From contig JAQGDQ010002408.1 of assembly GCA_030141605.1 (NCBI GenBank), forward strand, positions 10,752-74,751: a stretch of 64,000 bases of DNA, read 5' to 3'. The first letter of the stretch is position 1; each line of letters starts with the position of its first letter. Under the pieces are notes generated by a model, which searched no databases, was not told where the DNA came from, and saw only the letters and a list, made by a program, of their open reading frames with translations. Source of the DNA: Tubiluchus corallicola (taxonomy: Eukaryota > Animalia > Priapulida). Positions 10,304 to 21,596 of this stretch are shown one piece after another. Position numbers and translations under genes: made by a program.

Positions 10304-11862
10304 TTATTTTTCTGTTTCTATAACTTCTTTTATTTTTTTGCCGCGTGGAGCTTTTTTGGGGTAATAAGGTTTCCCATTTGTTACTCCGTCATTTCCTATT
10401 GGGTTTTTCATTATATAGTTATTGAGTCGTCCTTTTTTTTGTCTTTCACGGCTTGAGCTCTTTATGTATTGCCACTCTTCTGCTGCTAATCTGTCTTTTT
10501 CTTTGATTTGGTTAGTATTTCCAAATACAAAGTTAAAACCAAACCTTGTGTTTATGTATTGAGCATGTTGAGGGAAGACAACAGCCAAAAGGTTGTCATT
10601 AACAACATAAAATTGAAAGTTGCCTGTCTTTATTCCAAAACTGAGACCTAAATTTTGAACGGACCTGTGAGCAATGGAGTAAGATATTCCAGAAGTAAGC
10701 CATCTTCGGAGGTTGGCATTGGCTGATAAGGTGAGGGATTGTCTTATTATACCTTTTGTGAATTGGGTGCGGCTTAATACTCCTATATTAAAATTGTCGC
10801 TAACTCTGTATCTAAGTCCCATATACACTTTTGGAGATAGCCACGAAGTATAGGCTTTTTCTTCTCCTGAGGCTTGTTCAAACGTTTCTCTTAGTATCGA
10901 ATCTAAGTTCATATCTTCGACATTCTCACCTTCAAATAAATTTTCTACTCCTTCAAAACGATAAGTTCCATCATCATATAAGTTGTAGGCGTTATTATTC
11001 CAGCGTATAAAGCCTATATCTAATAAACTTGCAGAAACTTCCCACTTATCGTCTACCTGATATATCATTCCAAGGTCTATGGCATAGCCTCTATTGCCTT
11101 TTACATAATTTATGCCATTGTTATCAATGGTGTCAGTGTAAAGTCCTCCATCTTCATCAAAATACAAATTGGCAGGACCTGCAATGTTTACTATATAGTT
11201 TGCTCTTACATCTATGTAGTCTNNNNNNNNNNNNNNNNNNNNNNNNNNNNNNNNNNNNNNNNNNNNNNNNNNNNNNNNNNNNNNNNNNNNNNNNNNNNNN
11301 NNNNNNNNNNNNNNNNNNNNNNNNNNNNNNNNNNNNNNNNNNNNNNNNNNNNNNNNNNNNNNNNNNNNNNNNNNNNNNNNNNNNNNNNNNNNNNNNNNNN
11401 NNNNNNNNNNNNNNNNNNNNNNNNNNNNNNNNNNNNNNNNNNNNNNNNNNNNNNNNNNNNNNNNNNNNNNNNNNNNNNNNNNNNNNNNNNNNNNNNNNNN
11501 NNNNNNNNNNNNNNNNNNNNNNNNNNNNNNNNNNNNNNNNNNNNNNNNNNNNNNNNNNNNNNNNNNNNNNNNNNNNNNNNNNNNNNNNNNNNNNNNNNNN
11601 NNNNNNNNNNNNNNNNNNNNNNNNNNNNNNNNNNNNNNNNNNNNNNNNNNNNNNNNNNNNNNGCAATATCAGTAGAGGATAAACCAGGAATACCTACATA
11701 GGTTTTAAAACTGGTTTGGTAGGCAGGGTTGAGTTTATTTATCTGAGGTATTTCGTGTAAAAAGTACATAGCATTATTTTGCTGACTAAAGGACATTGTG
11801 CAAGAAAATGATAGTACAACTGTTGTAATAAGTGTCAGAAATTTAAAATAATGATGCTTCAT
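10304..11862 (-). CDS. DUF5723-family outer-membrane beta-barrel protein, spanning the assembly gap
   Basis: N-terminus (signal, QQNNAMYFL..IPQ..KLNPAY..YVGIPGLS) at 11862-11663 and C-terminus (GYAIDLG..SASLLDIGFIRW..NTRFGFNFVFG) at 11222-10304 flank the Ns. Confidence 0.75.
11223..11662. other. Assembly gap (440 N)
   Basis: Run of n characters. Confidence 1.
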
Positions 11863-11868
11863 CTAAGA

Positions 11869-13549
11869 CTATAAATCGCTATTTTGGTTAATAAAAGCAG
11901 TTGTGTTTATAGATATTTTTAATATCATTCTTTGGTTGTCTTTGATATGTACAGGTTTCTCCGGTGGTGTTTGAAGGAGCATTTGTTTTTGTTTTTTTTT
12001 GTTTTTGGTTTGGTTGTGTTTTGATATTTTTAATATCATTCTTTGGTTGTCTTTGATATGTACAGGTTTCTCCGGTGGTGTTTGAAGGAGCATTTGGAAG
12101 ACTAATTTTTTTGTTTTCGTTAAGTTGTTGATATTTTTTTTGTCTAATACAAATGTGAGATACGATAAAGAAGCCCCTGTAACAAAGCCTTCACTGTTTG
12201 TTGCTGCAGGATGTATTATATTATCATTAGATTGAATAGTGTCTATTGGCTGTTCTGTCTCTTCTTCTAACATTATAATGCTCATAGTGCCTCCTATGGG
12301 AAGTGTATTTTCCGTGCTTATATTCAGTTGTGCAGATACTACGAGATCTATATGTTTATCATCAATTTCGCCCATGTTTATAGTATCTGAAAAGAGAAAA
12401 GAATCAAGCTCTATATGCAGTGGGAGTGTTATAATTAGGTCTCCTGTTGTTTCACTTGTATCAGTCAAAAAGTTAGGAGCAATGTTAGGGTATTCATCTG
12501 GATAATTAGGCTCACCTACTCCCTTAAATACAGCTTTTGAGGGAGATTCTTTGAAGAATTCCGACATAGCACCGTTAGTTGTAGCATTTTCATAAGTGAT
12601 AGTTGTTGTTTTTACGCCTTCATTAACCTCAAAAGGATATGAAAGAATATGAGGAGCGTCTATATGTTTTATCTCTGTATTGATAGCATTATTGTTAGCA
12701 TCAAGACCTCCAATATCAAGACTTATCTTTATGGGCATGCCTATAGAGTTTCGTACGATTATTTCCATCTTAGGGGAGGCAATGTATATATTGTCATCAT
12801 ATTTCTAATTCTATCGTTTCTTCTTTTATGTCTATTGGGGAGTCTCCGAACTTTCCTTCTAGATAAGAAAATTCTAGATTAGTTAAGGAGAAAGTTATTG
12901 GATCTACTAGAACGTCCCCCACTTGATTTGACATAATTCTTACAGTTACTGTTATTAGATTGTTTTCTAGAATTAGAGTTGTTCCTGGCGTTATATCTTG
13001 AGGGGGAGGCTCCTCAAAGTGACCAGGAGGTGTAAAATCATAAGGAGGTTTTGCTGCATCTAATGTAATAGAAACTAAATCAGGAGGCATCCAACCACTA
13101 AAGCCTGTTACGGAAATAGTTCCTTTTTTAAGAACTATTTTGCTTAGTTCATCCACCGTTTTATCCCCTGTGTATGTTATTGGGAAACGAATAATCATTA
13201 CTATGTCGTAAGGGGCAAAAATATTATTATCCGCAGGTATTTCTATATTTTCAGCAGAGAATTCGGGAATTAGATCTTCTGTTGTAATAGAAAAAACATT
13301 CTCTTCTTTGAATATGGCTACTAAATTGCCTGACTCATCAGTTTCTATTTCGCCATCATTTATTTTTATTAAATCTTCAATGCTTACAGTGTCCCTTGTT
13401 ATGGGCAAAAGCACTGAGGGCGTAATGCTAAATTTTACAGGTTTATCCAAGTCAAAGTAGTCTTTAATACAGGAAACAGATAAAATAATGACAATAACAA
13501 CAATGAGTGACAAATAAATGTTTCTAATGGTAGTAAAATGCATTTTCAA
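11869..13549 (-). pseudogene. Lipoprotein partner of DUF5723, split by a frameshift near 12800 (or a sequencing error)
   Basis: Lipobox ILSVSC in 13549-12797; another frame continues YDDNIYIASPK-MEIIVRNSIG into 12768-11869. Confidence 0.6.
11912..12096. repeat. Perfect 74-nt direct repeat (11912-11985 and 12023-12096) with a G/T-only 37-nt spacer
   Basis: Duplicated peptide QMLLQTPPEKPVHIKDNQRMILKIS; nucleotide copies read as identical. Confidence 0.9.
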
Positions 13550-13634
13550 AGTAAAATAAAGAAAGTTATTAACTTTATTAATAATTTAAATTAATTTGCA
13601 ATTTACTTAAAAAAAAGAAAAAATGTAAATAAAA

Positions 13635-14372
13635 ATGATTTTAAACATCAAATATTTAGACAAGATATTATTCTTAGATATAGAAACAGTCCCCGCAGAG
13701 TTTAATTATTTAAACCTTTCTAAGAGGATGCAAAAATTATGGGACAAGAAATCCAATTTTTTCAGAAAAGAAGAAGAAACAGGAGAAAATGTTTATGAAA
13801 GGGCAGGAATTTATTCCGAATTTGGAAAAATAGTATGTGTCTCTGTAGGAATGATAAGGATGGAAAAGGATATAAAAAAGCTAACTTTGAGGTCTCTTGT
13901 TTCGGAGGACGAAGTAGAAATTCTAAAAGGTGTTTCAAAAATATTGAATGATCACGCTCAAAAACCTTATGCCAATTTGTGTGCTCATAATGGAAAGGAG
14001 TTTGATTTTCCTTATATAGCTCGCAGGCTTCTTATTAATGGGTTACCATTGCCAAAGATACTTAACATAGCAGGCAAAAAACCTTGGGAAGTGAAATTTT
14101 TGGACACAATGGAACTGTGGAAGTTTGGCGATTATAAACATTATACTTCTCTTGAACTCCTCACAGAGGTATTTAACATACCTTCGCCCAAAGATGATAT
14201 GGAGGGGAGTGAGGTAGCTAAGGTTTATTGGGAAGATAAAAACTTGAAAAGAATAGCTCAATATTGCGAAAAAGATGTAGTTGCAACAGTACAATTGTTT
14301 TTAAGATATGCAGGACAAAATTTTATTGCAGAAGAGAATATAGAAAGTAAAACCTGTTTCGAAAACCTATAA
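13635..14372 (+). CDS. DEDD 3'-5' exonuclease, PolB-exonuclease-like
   Basis: LFLDIETVP (ExoI), AHNGKEFDFPY (ExoII), YCEKDV (ExoIII). Confidence 0.9.
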   Translation: MILNIKYLDKILFLDIETVPAEFNYLNLSKRMQKLWDKKSNFFRKEEETGENVYERAGIYSEFGKIVCVSVGMIRMEKDIKKLTLRSLVSEDEVEILKGVSKILNDHAQKPYANLCAHNGKEFDFPYIARRLLINGLPLPKILNIAGKKPWEVKFLDTMELWKFGDYKHYTSLELLTEVFNIPSPKDDMEGSEVAKVYWEDKNLKRIAQYCEKDVVATVQLFLRYAGQNFIAEENIESKTCFENL

Positions 14373-14431
14373 AGAAAGAATGATAATATTATGACATTAA
14401 GATTCTAAAATTTTCTAACACGATATATAAA

Positions 14432-14695
14432 ATGGAAAATGAAACATTACATATTGTTATATTAATGCTTATTACTTTACTTTTCAATATTCCCACTGGA
14501 TATTGGAGGAGTAAGGTGAAGAAGTTTTCATTTCAATGGTTTATAGCTGTGCATTTAGCTGTTCCTGTTATTGTTTTTACACGGTATATATTTGATATAA
14601 GATTAACTATATCTATATTGTTGATAGAAATATTTTTTTATGCCGTAGGGCAAAAGCTGGGAGAGAGGATACAAAGGGCGAGAAATAGCAAATAG
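14432..14695 (+). CDS. Small conserved membrane protein
   Basis: NIPTGYWR..KFSFQWFIAVHLAVP pattern, three hydrophobic segments. Confidence 0.7.
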   Translation: MENETLHIVILMLITLLFNIPTGYWRSKVKKFSFQWFIAVHLAVPVIVFTRYIFDIRLTISILLIEIFFYAVGQKLGERIQRARNSK

Positions 14696-14799
14696 TTGTT
14701 GCGTTTAAGAAGCTAAGCTATTATTTTGTTTCTAATAAGAGTAAAACAAGGGCTTACAGGTTTACATCTTCTGTTTATTTTCATTTAATATATTATTAT

Positions 14800-14807
14800 T
14801 ATCTTTG
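14800..14807 (+). promoter_or_regulatory. -7 promoter element for gltBD-rdgB
   Basis: TATCTTTG about 105 nt upstream of gltB. Confidence 0.55.
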
Positions 14808-14912
14808 CAGAAACACGAAATAGGGTTCTTCTTATTTCTGTTATTTGTCCGCAAATAGGTAATGCAAAATATACACATCAAAATATCAAAGGAAAAAAGC
14901 AAAGGATAAAAT

Positions 14913-17900
14913 ATGAAAGAAGATAGTTCGCTCTTGAAAAATAAAGGATTATACTCCCCACAGTTGGAACACGATGCTTGTGGTATTGGCTTTGTGGCTC
15001 ACCTCAAAGGCAAGCGTTCTCATACCATTGTAGAAAACGCTCTTACAATGCTTGAAAATATGGAACATCGTGGAGCTACGGGAGCAGAAATTAATACAGG
15101 TGATGGAGCAGGAATACTAATACAGATACCCCATAAATTTTTCCAACAAGAGTGTGAGAAGTTAGGTGTTTTATTGCCAAAGTTTGGAGAGTATGGAGTT
15201 GGGATGATATTTTTTCCCAACGATAAAAACCTTAAAGAATACTGTAAAAATACTATCAAAGAAATACTTTCTAAACTAAATTTCGAACTTCTGGGATACA
15301 GGGCAGTACCTGTTGTTAATGAAGGTATTGGAGATACAGCTAAAAGCCAAGAACCCATAGTAGAACAAATTTTTGTGAAAGCTAAACAAAAAATCACTCC
15401 CGAAGTTTTAGAACGAAGACTATTTGTGCTTAGAAAGCATATTACTATTACCATAAGGAAAAGATACGAAGTAAGTAAGGACGATTTTTACATCCCTACA
15501 TTATCTCACAAAACTATTGTCTACAAGGGGCAGCTTACCACTTATCAAGTAAAAAGTTATTTTCCTGACCTTGAAGATACTCGCATAGAAACAGCTCTTG
15601 CATTAGTACATTCAAGATTTTCGACCAATACATTTCCTAGATGGAAACTGGCACAACCTTTTAGATACCTCGCACATAATGGCGAGATAAACACTATACG
15701 AGGCAATGTAAACTGGATGAAGTCTTATGAAACATTATTTAAGTCAGCTAATTTTACTGATGAAGAAATTAAGCTGTTATTACCTATTTGTGATGAGACA
15801 CAGTCAGATTCATCCAACTTTGATAAAGCAGTAGAAATGCTGCATCTTAGTGGACGGTCGCTTCCTCACGTGATGATGATGCTTATACCAGAAGCTTGGG
15901 AGGATAACACACAAATGCCAGAATATAAAAAAACATTTTATCAATATCATTCTAACTTATTAGAGCCTTGGGATGGCCCTGCTTCAATTTGTTTTACCGA
16001 TGGTAAGGTTGTGGGAGCAATATTGGACAGGAATGGTTTACGCCCTTCACGATATACGGTTACTGAAGACGATATTATTGTGATGAGTTCAGAGGAAGGA
16101 GCATTACCTCTTGACCAATCAAAAATAAGACTGAAAAATAGATTACAGCCGGGGCGTATATTTGTAGCCGATCTTGAAAAAGGCAAGATAATAGAAGATG
16201 AAGAATTAAAAAGAGAAATAGCAGAAAAGCAGCCTTATGGTAAATGGCTAAAAGAGAATGCTATCACTATAGAAGATTTGCCTGATAGGCCTCAAAAGCA
16301 CTATCAGTTTTCAGTAGATGGAATACTTACCAAACAACATATATTTGGCTATACATCGGAAGATATGCGACTCATACTTGCACAGATGTTTCAAAACCCG
16401 CAAGAGCCATTAGGCGCAATGGGGATAGACACCCCATTAGCAATACTTTCAAAGCAAAGCCAACATCTATCTCACTATTTTAAACAGTTGTTTGCACAGG
16501 TGAGTAATCCGCCTATGGACCCTATACGCGAGCGGCCTGTAATGTCGCTACATACTGCTATTGGAACAACCTATAATATATTAGAAGAAACTCCATTACA
16601 TTGTAAGCAAATTACTTTTAAGCAGCCTATTATTACTAATAGGCAGCTAGAAAAGATGCGAAATATACAAGATTCCTATTTTAGGTCGCATACTATCAAC
16701 ATTACTTTTAAAGCCGATGGAAAGAAAGGGCGTTTAGAGCAAGCCATTGATAGAATAACAGATGAAGCTGAAGAGGCAGTGCTTAAAGGTTGTAATATAT
16801 TAATTGTATCCGACAATCAATTTAGCACAGAAAATGCTCCTATACCTTCTTTACTTGCAACGGGAGCAATACATCAGCACCTTATTAAAACGGGATTGAG
16901 AGTTCGTACAGGTATAGCTGTGCAAGCTGGTGATGTGTACGAAACACATCATTTTGCTACACTTATAGGCTATGGTGCTAATGTTGTAAATCCTTATCTT
17001 GCTTTTGATAGCTTTAAGTTACTTAAAGAGAAAAAGTACATCAATACAAATATAGATGAAAAGCAGGGTATAGAAAACTATATTGCAGCTATTGGGAAAG
17101 GATTGTTGAAGATATTTTCTAAAATGGGAATATCTACTTTGCAATCTTATCACGGAGCACAAATATTTGAAGCTCTTGGTCTAAATAAAAAGGTAATAGA
17201 TAAGTGTTTTACCTCTACTGTGTCGCGTATAGAAGGACTTGGCTTCGATGATATAGCAGAAGAAACACTCGCCAAACATAAACTTGCCTTCTTGAAAGGG
17301 AATAAAAGGGCTTACAAATTGCCTGAAGGTGGGATATACCGATGGAGAAGAAAGGGAGATATACACATACTTAATCCTACTACGATAGAATTGTTGCAGC
17401 ATGCTACTAAGATGGGGGATTATGAGGTGTATAAAAAGTTTGCACAAGAAATTAATGAGCAAACAGAGAAGCTATACACCATAAGAGGAACACTAGATTT
17501 CAAGGAACAAACTTCTATACATATAGATGAAGTAGAACCTGCTGAAAATATATTAAAAAGGTTTGCTACAGGGGCTATGTCCTTTGGGTCAATATCGTAC
17601 GAAGCACACTCTACACTTGCTATAGCGATGAACCGTATAGGAGCGAAAAGCAATAGTGGCGAAGGAGGAGAAGATGAAGATAGGTTTGAAAGGAAAGCTA
17701 ATGGCGATTGGGAACGCTCTGCTATTAAACAGGTAGCATCAGGGAGATTTGGTGTTACGAGTAACTATCTGACCAATGCTGATGAATTGCAGATAAAAAT
17801 TGCACAAGGAGCTAAGCCCGGTGAAGGGGGGCAATTGCCGGGGCATAAAGTAGATGAATGGATTGCACGAGTAAGGAATTCTACTCCTGGGGTGGGACTT

Positions 17901-19433
17901 ATATCACCTCCACCTCATCACGACATATATTCTATTGAAGACCTTGCTCAATTAATTTTTGACCTTAAAAATGCTAATCGCAAGGCAAGGATAAATGTAA
18001 AACTTGTATCAGAAGCAGGAGTAGGAACAATTGCTGCAGGAGTGGCTAAGGCTCACGCCGATGTGGTGCTTGTCTCAGGACACGATGGCGGAACAGGAGC
18101 ATCTCCCTTGTCTTCTATTCGTCATACCGGTTTGCCTTGGGAACTGGGTGTGGCTGAAAGCCATCAAACATTAGTAATGAACAACTTGCGTAGCCGTGTG
18201 GTGCTTCAAACGGATGGGCAGCTCCGTACAGGAAGGGATATAGCAATAGCTACATTACTTGGTGCAGAGGAGTGGGGTGTTGCTACATCAGCATTGGTAA
18301 CAATGGGCTGTATAATGTTGAGAAAATGCCATCTTAACACTTGTTCTGTAGGGATAGCCACGCAAAACTCAAAGTTGCGTCAACTATTTACAGGAAAACC
18401 AGAATATGTGGTGAATTATTTTCAATTTATAACACAGGAGTTGCGTGAGATAATGGCACAATTAGGTTATAGAACTATTAATGAAATGGTGGGACAGGTA
18501 GATGTGCTTAAAAAGAAGGATAATATTGACCACTGGAAGATAAAGAATATTGATTATAGTCCAATATTACATAAAGGACCTCGCCAATCAGGAGTGTACA
18601 AGCAAATAGAACAAGACCATAATATAGATAAGGTGTTGGACAGACAGTTAATAGAGGTTGCGCAGTCTTCTATTAGCAATCAAAAGAGAACAGTAGCAAA
18701 GTTCCCTATTAAGAATACGGACAGAGCTGTGGGGGCAATGCTTTCCAATGAAATATCAAAGAAATATGGTAGTCAAGGCTTGGCGGAGGATACTGTGCAT
18801 TTCAAATTTAAGGGGGTAGCAGGACAAAGTTTTGGAGCGTTTTCTGCAAAGGGGCTATGTTTGGAATTAGAAGGAGCTGCCAATGATTATTTTGGCAAAG
18901 GGCAGTCAGGTGCTAAACTAGTTGTTTATCCTGATAGGAAAGCAAAGTTTGAACATCATAAAAATGCTATTATAGGCAATGTTGCTTTTTATGGTGCTAC
19001 TTCGGGCGAGGCTTATATATGTGGTCTGGGAGGAGAGCGTTTTGCTGTAAGAAACTCCGGTGTAAAAGTGGTAGTAGAAGGAGTGGGTGATCATGGGTGT
19101 GAGTATATGACAGGAGGAGTAGTGGTGATACTTGGAAGTATAGGACGTAATTTTGCAGCAGGTATGAGCGGAGGAATAGCTTATGTGTACGATAAGAAGA
19201 ATATTCTGAAAGATAATTGCAATATGGAGTTGGTAGATTTAGAAGAGTCTGTAGAAGAAGACATCGAAACATTGAAAGCGCTTATTACCAAACACCATAG
19301 TTATACAGATAGTAAGATAGCAAAAAAGATATTAGACAACTGGAAGGAGGAAATAGCTAAGTTTATAAAAGTAATACCTAGAGATTATAAGAGAGCTTTG
19401 GCTGAGTTGAAGAAAAAGGGAAAAGTGGCATAG
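14913..19433 (+). CDS. gltB: Glutamate synthase large subunit
   Basis: HDACGIGF amidotransferase Cys, HSRFSTNTFP, AMSFGSIS, IKIAQGAKPGEGGQLPG, 3Fe-4S CIMLRKCHLNTC. Confidence 0.99.
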   Translation: MKEDSSLLKNKGLYSPQLEHDACGIGFVAHLKGKRSHTIVENALTMLENMEHRGATGAEINTGDGAGILIQIPHKFFQQECEKLGVLLPKFGEYGVGMIFFPNDKNLKEYCKNTIKEILSKLNFELLGYRAVPVVNEGIGDTAKSQEPIVEQIFVKAKQKITPEVLERRLFVLRKHITITIRKRYEVSKDDFYIPTLSHKTIVYKGQLTTYQVKSYFPDLEDTRIETALALVHSRFSTNTFPRWKLAQPFRYLAHNGEINTIRGNVNWMKSYETLFKSANFTDEEIKLLLPICDETQSDSSNFDKAVEMLHLSGRSLPHVMMMLIPEAWEDNTQMPEYKKTFYQYHSNLLEPWDGPASICFTDGKVVGAILDRNGLRPSRYTVTEDDIIVMSSEEGALPLDQSKIRLKNRLQPGRIFVADLEKGKIIEDEELKREIAEKQPYGKWLKENAITIEDLPDRPQKHYQFSVDGILTKQHIFGYTSEDMRLILAQMFQNPQEPLGAMGIDTPLAILSKQSQHLSHYFKQLFAQVSNPPMDPIRERPVMSLHTAIGTTYNILEETPLHCKQITFKQPIITNRQLEKMRNIQDSYFRSHTINITFKADGKKGRLEQAIDRITDEAEEAVLKGCNILIVSDNQFSTENAPIPSLLATGAIHQHLIKTGLRVRTGIAVQAGDVYETHHFATLIGYGANVVNPYLAFDSFKLLKEKKYINTNIDEKQGIENYIAAIGKGLLKIFSKMGISTLQSYHGAQIFEALGLNKKVIDKCFTSTVSRIEGLGFDDIAEETLAKHKLAFLKGNKRAYKLPEGGIYRWRRKGDIHILNPTTIELLQHATKMGDYEVYKKFAQEINEQTEKLYTIRGTLDFKEQTSIHIDEVEPAENILKRFATGAMSFGSISYEAHSTLAIAMNRIGAKSNSGEGGEDEDRFERKANGDWERSAIKQVASGRFGVTSNYLTNADELQIKIAQGAKPGEGGQLPGHKVDEWIARVRNSTPGVGLISPPPHHDIYSIEDLAQLIFDLKNANRKARINVKLVSEAGVGTIAAGVAKAHADVVLVSGHDGGTGASPLSSIRHTGLPWELGVAESHQTLVMNNLRSRVVLQTDGQLRTGRDIAIATLLGAEEWGVATSALVTMGCIMLRKCHLNTCSVGIATQNSKLRQLFTGKPEYVVNYFQFITQELREIMAQLGYRTINEMVGQVDVLKKKDNIDHWKIKNIDYSPILHKGPRQSGVYKQIEQDHNIDKVLDRQLIEVAQSSISNQKRTVAKFPIKNTDRAVGAMLSNEISKKYGSQGLAEDTVHFKFKGVAGQSFGAFSAKGLCLELEGAANDYFGKGQSGAKLVVYPDRKAKFEHHKNAIIGNVAFYGATSGEAYICGLGGERFAVRNSGVKVVVEGVGDHGCEYMTGGVVVILGSIGRNFAAGMSGGIAYVYDKKNILKDNCNMELVDLEESVEEDIETLKALITKHHSYTDSKIAKKILDNWKEEIAKFIKVIPRDYKRALAELKKKGKVA

Positions 19434-19469
19434 TTGAATTTAGAGTAGAATAATAATATAGAATGAAAT

Positions 19470-20957
19470 ATGTCCAAACCAAAAGGATTTTTAGAAAATG
19501 AACGTAGAATTCCTTCAGTGAGGAATGTGGAGGAACGTTTGAAAGATTATAACGAATTGTATTATCCGTTTACGGAGGAAGGTGTAAATAAGCAGGCAGA
19601 ACGGTGTATGGAATGTGGTGTGCCTTTTTGCCATAGTGGTTGTCCGTTGGGCAATCTTATTCCTGAGTTTAATGAAATGGTAAACGAGGAAAATTGGAGA
19701 GGGGCAATGTCTGTATTAGGCGATACAAATAATTTTCCTGAATTTACGGGAAGAATATGTCCTGCTCCTTGTGAAGATGCTTGTACGTTAGAGATTAACA
19801 ATTCGCCTGTTACTATTGAGTTTATTGAAAAAACAATAGCAGAGAAAGCTTACGAGCACGGATATATAAAACCAAAAATACCCCAAAAACGAACGGGTAA
19901 AAAAGTGGCGATAGTAGGTTCAGGGCCTGCGGGTTTAGCTGTGGCTGCTCAACTAAATAAGGTAGGACATTGGGTGGTGGTGTATGAACGGGACGATAGG
20001 GTTGGGGGACTTCTTACTTATGGTATTCCTGATTTTAAACTTGAAAAGTGGGTAATAGAAAGACGTGTGGATATAATGAAGCGCGAAGGAGTGGTTTTTG
20101 AAACTAATGCAGAGGTGGGGGTGAATGTTTCCACAGATTTCTTATTGGAAGAGTTTGATGCAGTAGTGCTTTGTGGTGGTTCTACGGTGCCAAGAGATTT
20201 GGAGGTGAAAGGACGTGAGTTAGAGGGCGTGTGTTTTGCTATGGATTTTTTGAAACAACAAAATAAAAGGGTAGCAGGTATTTCCTTTGAGGAGAAAGAT
20301 ATATTGGCTACCGATAGAAATGTAGTAGTAATAGGGGGTGGAGACACAGGGGCAGACTGTGTAGGGACTTCGAATAGGCATAAGGCAAAGTCGGTTACGC
20401 AAATAGAAATAATGCCTAAGCCTCCTGTTAAAAGAGAAAAAAATAACCCTTGGCCTCAATGGGGACAAACGCTAAGGACTTCAACATCGCACAAGGAAGG
20501 AGTAAACCGCCAATGGGCTACTCTTACAAAAGAGATAATAGGTGATGAACAAGGTAGGATAAAGGCCATAAAAACAGTAAAGGTGAAATGGAAGAAAATG
20601 AAGGATGGAGGGTTTCACTTTGAAGAGTTGAAAGGAACAGAGAAGGAGCTGCCTTGTGATTTGTTGTTGCTTGCTATGGGCTTTGTTCATCCTCAACATA
20701 AAGGATTGCTTGAACAGCTTGAAGTAGAATTGGATGAAAGAGGCAATGTAAAGGCTCGGAATTATAGAACTACTGCAGATAAGGTTTTTGTTGCAGGTGA
20801 TATGAGAAGAGGACAGTCGTTGGTGGTGTGGGCAATATCAGAAGGACGTGAAGCTGCAAGGGAGGTGGATAAATATTTGATGGAAGATTCTAGCTTAGGA
20901 GCTAAGGATATGTCTATCTTAAAACTACAAGATGAACTTAACGTAAATGAAGAATAA
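19470..20957 (+). CDS. gltD: Glutamate synthase small subunit
   Basis: RCMECGVPFCHSGCP, GRICPAPCE, GSGPAGL, GDMRRGQSLVVWAI. Confidence 0.98.
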   Translation: MSKPKGFLENERRIPSVRNVEERLKDYNELYYPFTEEGVNKQAERCMECGVPFCHSGCPLGNLIPEFNEMVNEENWRGAMSVLGDTNNFPEFTGRICPAPCEDACTLEINNSPVTIEFIEKTIAEKAYEHGYIKPKIPQKRTGKKVAIVGSGPAGLAVAAQLNKVGHWVVVYERDDRVGGLLTYGIPDFKLEKWVIERRVDIMKREGVVFETNAEVGVNVSTDFLLEEFDAVVLCGGSTVPRDLEVKGRELEGVCFAMDFLKQQNKRVAGISFEEKDILATDRNVVVIGGGDTGADCVGTSNRHKAKSVTQIEIMPKPPVKREKNNPWPQWGQTLRTSTSHKEGVNRQWATLTKEIIGDEQGRIKAIKTVKVKWKKMKDGGFHFEELKGTEKELPCDLLLLAMGFVHPQHKGLLEQLEVELDERGNVKARNYRTTADKVFVAGDMRRGQSLVVWAISEGREAAREVDKYLMEDSSLGAKDMSILKLQDELNVNEE

Positions 20958-20968
20958 ATACTAAGGGG

Positions 20969-21547
20969 ATGAGGTTGCTTTTTGCTACTAATAATAGAAA
21001 TAAACTCAAAGAGATACAGAAACTTTTAGGTAGTAAGTTTGAAGTAGTAAGTTTGAAAGAAGTAGGTTTCGTAGGAGATATTCCAGAAGATTATGCAACT
21101 CTTGAAGAGAACGCCAAGCAGAAAGCACAGTATATTTACGAGAAGTGCAAAATAAATTGTTTTGCAGATGATACAGGCTTAGAAGTAGAAGCCTTGCAGG
21201 GAGAACCCGGCGTGTATTCGGCACGTTATGCAGGTGATGAGGCAAACTCGGAGAAGAATATGGATAAGGTGCTTCAAAAAATGGAGGGAATTAAGAATAG
21301 AAAGGCTAAGTTTCGTACCATAATTTCGCTAATAGAAGAAGGAGAGGAAAAGCAGTTTGAAGGAGTTGTAGAAGGAAATATAACTACTACACGCAAGGGG
21401 GAAAAGGGCTTTGGCTACGACCCAATATTTATTCCAGAAGGTTATTCTGTTTCTTTTGCAGAAATGCCATTGGAGCAAAAAAATGCTATTAGCCATAGGG
21501 GAAAGGCAATACAAAAACTAATTAACTATCTTAATAAAAGGGTCTAA
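20969..21547 (+). CDS. rdgB: Non-canonical purine NTP pyrophosphatase (Ham1/RdgB)
   Basis: ATNNRNKLKE, ADDTGL, PGVYSARY, FGYDPIF, SHRGKA. Confidence 0.96.
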   Translation: MRLLFATNNRNKLKEIQKLLGSKFEVVSLKEVGFVGDIPEDYATLEENAKQKAQYIYEKCKINCFADDTGLEVEALQGEPGVYSARYAGDEANSEKNMDKVLQKMEGIKNRKAKFRTIISLIEEGEEKQFEGVVEGNITTTRKGEKGFGYDPIFIPEGYSVSFAEMPLEQKNAISHRGKAIQKLINYLNKRV

Positions 21548-21596
21548 TTTTTTAGCGATAATATTAAAATAATTTCTTGTTGGGGATACGTCCTAA

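Noticed and set aside
11029-11682. ORFs made largely of X residues
   Set aside because: Artefacts of translating the N gap; the real gene is the DUF5723-like protein spanning it
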